Positions 44,467 through 52,755 of a DNA stretch of 64,000 nt are shown in pieces. How positions within the stretch are numbered: the first letter of the stretch is position 1; every line of letters starts with the position of its first letter. Source of the stretch: Verrucomicrobiia bacterium (GTDB lineage: Bacteria > Patescibacteriota > Saccharimonadia > Saccharimonadales > JAGQNK01). A program made the position numbers and the translations under genes. The stretch spans positions 148,514-212,513 of the forward strand of contig DATHJY010000011.1 in the NCBI GenBank assembly GCA_035489575.1, given 5' to 3'. The notes below the pieces were generated by a model. The model had not been told where the DNA came from. It saw nothing but the letters and a program-made list of their open reading frames with translations, and did not search any database.

Positions 44467-45525
44467 ATGACACTGCAAATTTATGGCGAAGCTGCTAATT
44501 CCGGACTATCCCCTGAAGGTGAACCAGCAGGCTCACTGGCGGTAGAGGAATCCACGTTTGTCTATGAAGCCGCGCAAAGCGAACGGCTCCGGTCCGTCCG
44601 TGAAAGGCGGCACCTCCGTCTAGGCGGCTCCCGACCAGGGACGACAGATGCATTGAGCCAGTACCTATACGAAGTAGGAAGGTACGAACTCCTCACCAAA
44701 GAGGACGAGATACAGTTTTCTCAACAAATAGAAGCTGGCCGGGACGCCCTGCAACAAATCGAAAATGGCCAGGATGCCGTCGCCCATCGCCAAGCCGTAC
44801 GCCAGGGTCAAGATGCTCGTACCCAGTTCGTGCAAGGTAACCTGCGCCTAGTAGTCAGCATTGCCCTGAAGTATCCGATACCGCCCTCCATGGAACTCTT
44901 GGACCTCATCCAAGAGGGTAATATTGGGTTAGGGTACGCAATTGATAAGTTCGATTGGCAGTATGGGCTTAAATTTTCTACCTATGCCACGTTTGCGATC
45001 CGGCACGCCATTAGTCGTGGCATGGATCGCGCGGCAAACGTCGTACGTTTACCATCCGGCCTGCCAGCGCAGCTCCGAGAAGCCCTCCGGAATCAGACCA
45101 TGTGCCAGGGAGACCAGTCAGGCGACGACCTGCAGGGCGAAATGGGCAAGGCCTACCGAGCAGTCACTCCAACATCTCTAAATATGCCACTAGGCGAAGG
45201 GGACGACTCCGGCGAACTAGGCCAGATTATTCCGTCAGAAGGCCCCGGCACCGAAGAGCTGGCCGCCGCCAAGGTTCTTCAGCATGAAGTCCGCAAGCAC
45301 CTCGATAACGCCAGCCTCTCCCCCAAGCAAAAGTTAGCCATGCAACTGCGCTTTTTGGACCCGGATGACCCCGAGCCAACCTTTCAGGCTATCGGACAGC
45401 GTATGGGAGGCGTCACTGGCGAGGCCGCTAGAATGACCCTCGACCGCGCACTGGCCAGCTTTCAGCGCTATCTACGCAGCAATAATCTAGATGATAACCT
45501 ACTGGACAACAGAGGTGAGTTGTAG
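44467..45525 (+). CDS. sigma-70 family sigma factor, paralog 3 (most divergent)
   Basis: GNLRLVVSIALKY...LLDLIQEGNIGLGYAIDKFDWQYGLKFSTYATFAIRHAISRGM. Confidence 0.8.
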   Translation: MTLQIYGEAANSGLSPEGEPAGSLAVEESTFVYEAAQSERLRSVRERRHLRLGGSRPGTTDALSQYLYEVGRYELLTKEDEIQFSQQIEAGRDALQQIENGQDAVAHRQAVRQGQDARTQFVQGNLRLVVSIALKYPIPPSMELLDLIQEGNIGLGYAIDKFDWQYGLKFSTYATFAIRHAISRGMDRAANVVRLPSGLPAQLREALRNQTMCQGDQSGDDLQGEMGKAYRAVTPTSLNMPLGEGDDSGELGQIIPSEGPGTEELAAAKVLQHEVRKHLDNASLSPKQKLAMQLRFLDPDDPEPTFQAIGQRMGGVTGEAARMTLDRALASFQRYLRSNNLDDNLLDNRGEL

Positions 45526-45690
45526 TATAGTTGGTCCGTTACGCACTACAAACAAGGAGCACAGTAAAATAGGAATTTATTCATATTTTACGAGCATCCG
45601 CAGTTTGTATCGGTCCCGAAGGGACAGATACTAAAACGTAGGAGAACAGTCCAAGCTTCAATGGCACTGTTCGCAAAAGGAGAACTACTT

Positions 45691-46119
45691 ATGGCAAAAG
45701 CCATCAAAGCAAATCTAAAAATGAAAATTCGCGGCGGACAAGCCAGCGCAGCCCCACCCGTGGGTAGCACACTGGGTCAGTACGGCGTGAACATGATGGA
45801 TTTCATCAATCCCTTCAACGAAGGTACCAAAGACCGTCAGGGCCAAGACCTGACCGTCCATATTACTATTTTCGAAGACCGCACTATGGCCTGGCGCGTG
45901 GTCGGCACCCCAACCGACGATCTGATCCGCAAGGCATTAGGTGTCCAGAAAGGCTCTGGCCGACCCAACACCGAGAAGCTACCCAAGAAGCTGAGCGACG
46001 CTCAGCTAACCGAGATCGCCGAGACCAAAGCCGGCGACATGAACACCGACGATATCCCAGCCGTCAAAAAGATGGTAGCCGGCACTGCCCGCAGCATGGG
46101 CGTAGAAGTCGAAGGCTAG
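45691..46119 (+). CDS. rplK: 50S ribosomal protein L11
   Basis: MAKAIKANLKMKIRGGQASAAPPVGSTLGQYGVNMMDF. RBS AAAGGAG. Track ORF starts upstream at 45661. Confidence 0.92.
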   Translation: MAKAIKANLKMKIRGGQASAAPPVGSTLGQYGVNMMDFINPFNEGTKDRQGQDLTVHITIFEDRTMAWRVVGTPTDDLIRKALGVQKGSGRPNTEKLPKKLSDAQLTEIAETKAGDMNTDDIPAVKKMVAGTARSMGVEVEG

Positions 46120-46121
46120 AT

Positions 46122-46358
46122 ATGTCACCAGAAGCCGAACCAATGATCCATCCGCTAGACACAATGGAAGCAGCCGCTCAGGCTCTCCAGGACGCCCGAG
46201 ATCAGTTGAAAGAAGCAGGCGGCAACTTTAACAGAGCGCTACAGGCCGCACACCAAGTCTACGGCAGCCTAGATCCAGAGGACCGGCAAAATTTAGGACC
46301 AATAGCAGATGCAGTCATGCGTCAGAATAACAATGGCTATAGTCCCAACGACCGCTAA
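46122..46358 (+). CDS. hypothetical helical protein inserted between rplK and rplA
   Basis: 78-aa ORF that starts 2 nt after the rplK stop. GAAGG lies 8 nt upstream. Ala/Gln-rich. Confidence 0.4.
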   Translation: MSPEAEPMIHPLDTMEAAAQALQDARDQLKEAGGNFNRALQAAHQVYGSLDPEDRQNLGPIADAVMRQNNNGYSPNDR

Positions 46359-46417
46359 CGTTTAACTAACTTGTGGGAGGCAGATATGCCGCTGGCACCA
46401 CGAAAGGATAAGAATTT

Positions 46418-47437
46418 ATGGCAAAGAAAGCAGAACTACTAGAACAAGCCAAAGCACTTGGCTTGGAAGTAACCGATAAAAACACCATTGCAGAGCTAGA
46501 GACCGCAATCAAAGGCGCAGACACACCCCAAGAAGAGGTTGTTATCGCCGGCGAAGCAGCAGAAGCCGCAGTTGCACCCACAGAAGACGAAGAAAAAGCC
46601 ACCACCAAGGCTGGTAAGCGTAGTGTCAAAGGCGTCAAAGAAGCCGAAGAAAAGCAGGCGAAGCTAGAACGCCAACAGCATGCTGCCGAGGAAAAGGCAG
46701 AGGCCGACAAACCAAAGGTTCAGCAAAAGCCCGCTCGCAGCAAGCTCGAGCGCCGCAGCAAAACCTACCGCAAATTGGCCGAGCAGATCGAAAAAGGCAA
46801 AGCCTACAGCCTGACCGAAGGTCTGGATCTGGCTACAAAGACCAATCCTGTCAAGTTTGACGCAACCGTAGAGGTCCACATCCGCCTGGGCGTAGATCCT
46901 CGCCAGGCCGACCAGAACATTCGCGACACTCTGGTCCTGCCAGCCGGAACCGGCAAAGCCGTTCGCGTAGCCGTATACGCTGACGTTGACGATGTAGCCA
47001 AGGCCAAAAAAGCCGGCGCCGATATCGCCGCAGGCGACGAGTTTTTACAGCAGCTAGACAAGGGCACTATCGACTTTGACGTCCTGGTAGCCACCCCAGC
47101 TATGATGCCCAAGCTTGGTAAGTACGCTCGTATACTTGGTCCAAAAGGTCTCATGCCCAACCCAAAGAGTGGCACCGTTGCCGCTGACGTAGCCAAGGCC
47201 GTCACCGAGGCCAAAGCTGGCCGGGTAGAATACCGCGTAGACAGCACTGGTATTGTGCATGTTGGTATTGGCAAGGTAAGCTTTGGGGCTGACAAGCTGA
47301 CGCAGAATGCCCGCGCTTTGCTGACCAGCCTAAAGAACAACAAACCCACCAGCCTAAAGGGCACCTACATAAAGTCACTGTACGTGACCACCAGCATGGG
47401 TCCCAGCATCACCATCGAAACAACCGAAGCCAACTAG
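46418..47437 (+). CDS. rplA: 50S ribosomal protein L1 with ~105-aa N-terminal extension
   Basis: The canonical L1 core starts near [18 protein letters not shown]...[20 protein letters not shown]. No in-frame start lies near the core. Confidence 0.9.
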   Translation: MAKKAELLEQAKALGLEVTDKNTIAELETAIKGADTPQEEVVIAGEAAEAAVAPTEDEEKATTKAGKRSVKGVKEAEEKQAKLERQQHAAEEKAEADKPKVQQKPARSKLERRSKTYRKLAEQIEKGKAYSLTEGLDLATKTNPVKFDATVEVHIRLGVDPRQADQNIRDTLVLPAGTGKAVRVAVYADVDDVAKAKKAGADIAAGDEFLQQLDKGTIDFDVLVATPAMMPKLGKYARILGPKGLMPNPKSGTVAADVAKAVTEAKAGRVEYRVDSTGIVHVGIGKVSFGADKLTQNARALLTSLKNNKPTSLKGTYIKSLYVTTSMGPSITIETTEAN

Positions 47438-47459
47438 GCAGTAAAAGTTGTAGTAAAAA

Positions 47460-47487
47460 CAGCTTCGCGCAACGCGGAGCTGTTTTT
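47460..47487 (+). terminator. intrinsic terminator after rplA
   Basis: CAGCTTCGCG/CGCGGAGCTG 10-bp stem with one G-U pair and loop CAA, then TTTTT. Confidence 0.8.
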
Positions 47488-47505
47488 CTGTAGAATAGAT
47501 AGGTA

Positions 47506-48261
47506 ATGGTGGTAATTGGAATAACCGGGCCTATCGGTCACGGTAAAACAACATTTGCAGATGCCCTGGCCCAACACGAGCCCTCTTTTTGCCACCTAGA
47601 AGCCAACATGGCCATCATCGAAGTGGCCAACGCCCTGCACGAGGTGCTACCCGCAGATATAAGCCCTCACCAGATCGATTCCATAAATGCCTGGCTGCAG
47701 TCACTGCCGGATATTCTGCAACAAACAGTAGGTGTTACGTGCTCTTTTGAGCAGATCGCCCTCACGGCCCAAGCCGTGCAGAACCAGCCGGCAGAGTATC
47801 AAAAGCTCATGTTGCACATCGAGAACCTGCAGCGCAATCCAGTCCTCGCCCAACAGGACATAACCGCCGACAACAAAACAAGTTACCGCCCATTTTTGCA
47901 GTGGCTCGGCGGCTATCTGGTGGCAAAAGTAGACCCGGGCATTTGGTTCAACGAAGTTGTGAGGCGCCTCCAGCACAGCCAGCAAGCAGGCTGCAAGGTA
48001 TGTATTATTGGTGGCGTACGCTATCCTTCGGATGCCAAAATACTACGCACAGCCAATGCCAAGATCATAGAGCTGTACCGCCCCGGGCACCTCCAGACCG
48101 ACACTCTCGATCCCACCGAACGCGAACGCGACAGTATCCAGGCTGACAGCACGGTTATTAGCAACGGCAGTGTCGAAGATTTGCAACACTGTGCCGCACA
48201 GATATTGCAGGACATTCAGACTGACAAGCTCCAGCAAACCTATCAGACAAAGGCGACATAA
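47506..48261 (+). CDS. P-loop NTPase, dNMP-kinase-like
   Basis: Walker A IGITGPIGHGKTTFA. GGVRYPSDAKILR resembles the dNMP kinase GVRfpnE block. Confidence 0.5.
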   Translation: MVVIGITGPIGHGKTTFADALAQHEPSFCHLEANMAIIEVANALHEVLPADISPHQIDSINAWLQSLPDILQQTVGVTCSFEQIALTAQAVQNQPAEYQKLMLHIENLQRNPVLAQQDITADNKTSYRPFLQWLGGYLVAKVDPGIWFNEVVRRLQHSQQAGCKVCIIGGVRYPSDAKILRTANAKIIELYRPGHLQTDTLDPTERERDSIQADSTVISNGSVEDLQHCAAQILQDIQTDKLQQTYQTKAT

Positions 48262-48262
48262 C

Positions 48263-48706
48263 ATGGCACACTACCGGACCCGCAAAGAAACCATCAGTTA
48301 CAAAAAGTATCTGCATGAGCGCAAAAAACAGGGCAAGGACAGTGACTGTATTTTTTGCGAGGTCGTGCCGGGCTTTCCGCAGTTTGTGAAAGAACTCAAA
48401 CACTTCAAAATCATTCGCAATATTTTTATGTACTCCAGTTGGGACGGCCAGGCCGTTCGTGAACACTTGCTACTCGTACCTCACAAGCACGTGAACTCAC
48501 TGGCACACGTTTCTAAGGCTGCTGCTCTCGAGTACTTTGACACCATCACTGCTTACGAAGAAAAAGGCTACCACGTGTACGCCCGGGGATCTGGCACCTC
48601 CACCAAGACCATCATTCATCAGCATACTCATCTTATAAAGCCGGCCGGCAAGCATCATAAGCTGGTCATCTTCCTGGCCAAGCCGTACATGCGTATTGTC
48701 AGATAA
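48263..48706 (+). CDS. HIT-family protein
   Basis: ATG 48263, 1 nt after the upstream stop codon. Histidine triad HQHTHLI and CIFC motif. Confidence 0.7.
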   Translation: MAHYRTRKETISYKKYLHERKKQGKDSDCIFCEVVPGFPQFVKELKHFKIIRNIFMYSSWDGQAVREHLLLVPHKHVNSLAHVSKAAALEYFDTITAYEEKGYHVYARGSGTSTKTIIHQHTHLIKPAGKHHKLVIFLAKPYMRIVR

Positions 48707-48794
48707 GCCCCACCTGTAGTTGTATTATTGTACTAACGCTTGCATCACAGTTTTGACACCCCGTACAATACATACACATTAGAGGGAGTAATCA

Positions 48795-49496
48795 GTGGAC
48801 CTTGAAGGTACAGGGGTTTATAGCAACAGCCAAATAAAAGCCGCCATTTCAGACGGTCATATTGTATTTCACCCTTATATAGAGGACCACATTGCCGGCA
48901 GCAGCGTGGACGTGACCTTGGGCCACTGGTTTTATCGTACCGAGCGCAATGGCCACAGCGGCTTCTACAATCCGTTCGACGAAAGCGACGTCCGGCGTTA
49001 CTTTGACGGACCGTTCCATGCCGACACCCACGATTTTTGGGCGCAAGCCAATGGTCGCAAGCCCTTTGGTGGCATCCCGCCAGACCATCCCATTATTATT
49101 CTGCGGCCGGGCGAACGTATCCTGGCCCACACCCATGAATTCATCGGCATCAAAGCCCCTGGCACCAGCACCATGCAAGCCCGCAGCACGTGGGGCCGCA
49201 ATGGCGTGGCCGTCTGTCTGGACGCCGGGTGGGGGGACCCTGGCTATATCAACCGCTGGACCATGGAAATCTACAACATGAACCAGCACGAGAGCGTTGT
49301 GCTGCCGGTAGGCGAACGCATTGCCCAAATGGTCTTTTACCATACCGGCCCCGTGGACGGAGAATACAAAAACCTCAGCGGCAAATACCAGTCAAATGAC
49401 AGTGAAAACCTAGTAGACATCATTAACAATTGGCGCCCTGAGCAAATGCTGCCGCGAGCTTACAAAGACACCCGCCGCAAACCGAGGGAAGTGTAA
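48795..49496 (+). CDS. dcd: dCTP deaminase/dUTPase-superfamily protein
   Basis: GTG start with GGGAG upstream. SSVDVTLG, the trimeric dUTPase-fold motif GWGDPGY and the ERIAQMVF block. Confidence 0.75.
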   Translation: MDLEGTGVYSNSQIKAAISDGHIVFHPYIEDHIAGSSVDVTLGHWFYRTERNGHSGFYNPFDESDVRRYFDGPFHADTHDFWAQANGRKPFGGIPPDHPIIILRPGERILAHTHEFIGIKAPGTSTMQARSTWGRNGVAVCLDAGWGDPGYINRWTMEIYNMNQHESVVLPVGERIAQMVFYHTGPVDGEYKNLSGKYQSNDSENLVDIINNWRPEQMLPRAYKDTRRKPREV

Positions 49497-50311
49497 TGGG
49501 TGCAATTGACCAAGATCCATGGTTTTTGAGTGACAAGCTAGAAGGCAAATACCCCGTTGCATCGCCAGATGAGTTGGCCGATGAATGGCACGCCTACACA
49601 GAACGAGAAACGCACGCACTACAGGGTGTGTTAGGTGCCTACGCCAAACCTGTCGGGGAAGTATGTGCCGTCGCCTCTATCGATTTATGCGAAGTAACGC
49701 GTGACACAGCCGTAAGCCTTGGCGATTTGGTCGGCGAACCACTCGAACGCGGACAGTACTCAGAGGGCACCTGGTATTCTGTCGAAAACATGGGGTTAGA
49801 TTTTGAATACTCAGTCGTACTTGGTGGGCTCCAACACCTCATGAACAACGACCTCGTAGGAGCCATCCCAGGAATTGACGAGGTGAGCCACACCTTGCGT
49901 GGCTGGCGAGAGCAAGGCGTCTATATGGCGGCCAATACATCTACCTTGCCCGGCTGCGAACTTGCTACTATCCGTCATCACCTCGAAAAAGATCTGAAAG
50001 GATGCTTTGACGCCCTTCTTCTACCTCGCAACTACGACGGCAGAGGGAAAATGACCAAGGCGCAGGCTCTGGATGTGCTCGGCCAAGAAGCCGGGATAGA
50101 CATAGGGGCGCTGCCACTGGTACACATTGACGACGCTACCCACCATGTCCAGGGATTTATTGATCACTTCGGGGACCATCCGACAAGCGCATTCCTAATG
50201 CCAGCACACAACTACAACCAAGCACCCGTGGCAGAGATGCGCTGCGAAGATCCGCCTGAGGCATTCGCACGAGCACACGAATTCTTACAAAAACAAGGAG
50301 TACTGCAATGA
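49496..50311 (+). CDS. hypothetical protein, possibly HAD/NT5C-like nucleotidase fold
   Basis: Overlapping start and stop with both neighbours. IDLCEV aligns where DxDxV is expected, and HIDD occurs late in the sequence. Weak. Confidence 0.35.
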   Translation: MGAIDQDPWFLSDKLEGKYPVASPDELADEWHAYTERETHALQGVLGAYAKPVGEVCAVASIDLCEVTRDTAVSLGDLVGEPLERGQYSEGTWYSVENMGLDFEYSVVLGGLQHLMNNDLVGAIPGIDEVSHTLRGWREQGVYMAANTSTLPGCELATIRHHLEKDLKGCFDALLLPRNYDGRGKMTKAQALDVLGQEAGIDIGALPLVHIDDATHHVQGFIDHFGDHPTSAFLMPAHNYNQAPVAEMRCEDPPEAFARAHEFLQKQGVLQ

Positions 50312-52644
50312 GCGAAAAAGGTGTGTTTCTAGTCATCGAGGGCACTGACGGATCAGGCAAGGGTACCCAGTTTAAATTGCTAGAGGAACACTTACGCCAG
50401 CAGGGTCACGACGTGGTGACGTGTGATTTTCCACAGTACGATCAGCCCTCTAGCTTTTTTGTACGCGAATACCTAAACGGCAAGTACGGCACTGCGGACG
50501 AAGTAGGCCCCTATACCGGTTCGCTCTTTTACGCCCTAGACCGCTACCACGCTGCCTCCCAGATCCGGGAAGCTCTGGAAGCCGGCAAGGTAGTGCTAGC
50601 CAACCGCTTTACGGGCAGCAACATGGCCCACCAAGGCACCAAGTTCAACCACGCCGAAGAACGCCGGGGCTATTTTATCTGGTTGGACAACCTCGAGTTC
50701 CAGATGCTGGGCATCCCGCGCCCAGACAAGAGTTTCGTACTCCGGGTGCCAGCCGAGATCGCCCAAAAACTAGTAGACCAAAAAGAGCAGCGCAGCTACA
50801 CCGATAAAAAACGCGATATCCACGAGGCCGACCTAGGCCACCTGCAAAAAGCCGTCCAAGTCTACGATGACCTATGTCAGCTATTTCCCAAGGACTTCCA
50901 GCGGCTGGACTGTGTGCGAGGCGACACACTGCTTTCTATCGACCAAGTTCAAAATATGCTCCGCAAAACTATCCAGCCACTGCTACCAAAACCAGCTGGC
51001 AAGAAATCAGCTGCCACCACGGCAAAAGCCCCCAGTAGTATCAAGAAGCCAGACAACCCGTACGTCAAAAAGACCAGTCATGGCTGGGAAGTGACAGAGG
51101 CCGGCAAGCAGTTCCTAGAAGCAGCCATAACCAACGTAGACGGCGATGTCTATGCCTTCAAAGATAAGCTAAGCACGCTTACGGTGGCAGCAGCCATGGC
51201 CAGACTCAGTCGCCGCGGGGACGACATGCGTGTCACCATGCTGGACGAATTTGCTATGCACGAGGGCAAAGACGAAGGCCTGATCCACCGCGTAATTACC
51301 GCCTATGGGGACGACTCCGTCCAACAGCTAGTGGGCCAACACATCGTGGTAGAGAACGCTAGCAACCTACTGACCAAACAGCTCGAATGGGGACGCTTGG
51401 CGTCCTACCTAGAACAGTCCACCCGCTATATTTACTTTGACCAGAAAGATGCCAAAGGGCAATACAAATACTACACACCAGATCATATAGATGAGCTGAC
51501 CACGGCCAAATACACCGCCACCATGGATAGCATTTTTGACACCTACTCGTCCATGGCCCGCGATCTGACAAATTATTTGCAGATCCACTCATCTACCCCC
51601 AAAGAAGAGCAAGACGGTGCCTGGCGCGGGGCCATCCGGGCTCAAGCCTGCGATGCCATCCGGGCAACGCTGCCCGTAGCCACCAAGTCTACCGTGGGTA
51701 TTTTTGCCAGCGGCCAGGCGCTAGAGATGCTTATCATGCGTCTGCGGGCCAGCGAAAGCAAAGAAGCCCAAGCCGTTGGCGAGCAAGTTCTGCAAGAAGC
51801 CCGCAAAGTTATCCCAACCTTCCTGGAGCGAGCCGACAAGCCCGAACGTGGTGGTGCCACCACCGCCTACCTGTCTGACAACCGCAAAGCCATGAAGTCA
51901 GTGGCCAATCGATACCTACCAGACACCCACAGTAACGGCCACCAAGCCGTTACCCTGCACAGCGTCTGGCCCCGCAAAGAACTAGACCTGGTGCCACACA
52001 TGCTCTACGAATCGACGCAGCTGTCACTAGAAGAAATCACCAAAGAAGTAAACACCTGGCCCATAGACAGAAAGCTCGAAGTATTCAACACCTACATAGG
52101 AGAGCGCCTGAATCGCCGGCACCGTCCGGCCCGGGCATTGGAGCAGGCACACTACACCTGGGATCTGCTGTGTGACTACGGCATTTTCCGTGACCTGCAG
52201 CGCCACCGCATGGTGGACGACCTACAGTGGCAAGCGCTGACCCCCCGATACGGCTACGAAATACCCAAGCTGGTAGAAGACGCCGACCTGACCGAATCGT
52301 TCGAGAAGTGTTTTGACCTGTCTGCCAGGTTGTATTCCACACTCCAGGCCGCCGGCTATCTCTACGAAGCCCAGTATGCCACCTTGTTGGGACACCGCAT
52401 GCGCTGGAAGATTACCTATAATGCCCGCGAAGCATTTCACCTGCACGAACTGCGTACCAGCCCCCAGGGACACCCCGGCTACCGCAAACTCGTGCTCGAA
52501 ATGCACCAGAAACTGGCCGAGGTTCACCCCATGCTGGCCGAAGCCATGAAGTTTGTGAACCAAGGGGAAGACCCCGAGCTAACCCGTCTGGCAGCCGAAC
52601 GCTACACCCAGTTCAAGCTGCAGCAGATGCCGGAAAATATCTAA
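50308..52644 (+). CDS. fusion protein: thymidylate kinase plus large FAD-dependent thymidylate synthase (ThyX-like)
   Basis: N-terminal FLVIEGTDGSGKGTQ...DRYHAASQ...NMAHQG is Tmk-like. C-terminal ~560 aa carry FRDLQRHRM and NAREAFHLHELRTSPQGHPGYR, which are ThyX-type blocks. Confidence 0.75.
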   Translation: MSEKGVFLVIEGTDGSGKGTQFKLLEEHLRQQGHDVVTCDFPQYDQPSSFFVREYLNGKYGTADEVGPYTGSLFYALDRYHAASQIREALEAGKVVLANRFTGSNMAHQGTKFNHAEERRGYFIWLDNLEFQMLGIPRPDKSFVLRVPAEIAQKLVDQKEQRSYTDKKRDIHEADLGHLQKAVQVYDDLCQLFPKDFQRLDCVRGDTLLSIDQVQNMLRKTIQPLLPKPAGKKSAATTAKAPSSIKKPDNPYVKKTSHGWEVTEAGKQFLEAAITNVDGDVYAFKDKLSTLTVAAAMARLSRRGDDMRVTMLDEFAMHEGKDEGLIHRVITAYGDDSVQQLVGQHIVVENASNLLTKQLEWGRLASYLEQSTRYIYFDQKDAKGQYKYYTPDHIDELTTAKYTATMDSIFDTYSSMARDLTNYLQIHSSTPKEEQDGAWRGAIRAQACDAIRATLPVATKSTVGIFASGQALEMLIMRLRASESKEAQAVGEQVLQEARKVIPTFLERADKPERGGATTAYLSDNRKAMKSVANRYLPDTHSNGHQAVTLHSVWPRKELDLVPHMLYESTQLSLEEITKEVNTWPIDRKLEVFNTYIGERLNRRHRPARALEQAHYTWDLLCDYGIFRDLQRHRMVDDLQWQALTPRYGYEIPKLVEDADLTESFEKCFDLSARLYSTLQAAGYLYEAQYATLLGHRMRWKITYNAREAFHLHELRTSPQGHPGYRKLVLEMHQKLAEVHPMLAEAMKFVNQGEDPELTRLAAERYTQFKLQQMPENI

Positions 52645-52657
52645 TTATTTAACCTAA

Positions 52658-52686
52658 TTTACAAAAAAGCATAAATACAGTATAAA
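52658..52686 (+). promoter_or_regulatory. promoter TTTACA-17-TATAAA
   Basis: Upstream of GC-rich ORF 52756. A GTAGTCAC-cg-GTGACTAC hairpin lies in the 5' UTR. Confidence 0.45.
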
Positions 52687-52755
52687 TATACTCTTGTACG
52701 GTAGTCACCGTGACTACGAGTTTCATCGCCCTTTCCCAGCAAGGATGGTTTACCC

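Noticed and set aside
48170-48262. Track start at 48170 for the HIT protein
   Set aside because: It overlaps the preceding gene by 92 nt. ATG 48263, 1 nt after the upstream stop, gives a normal-length HIT protein.
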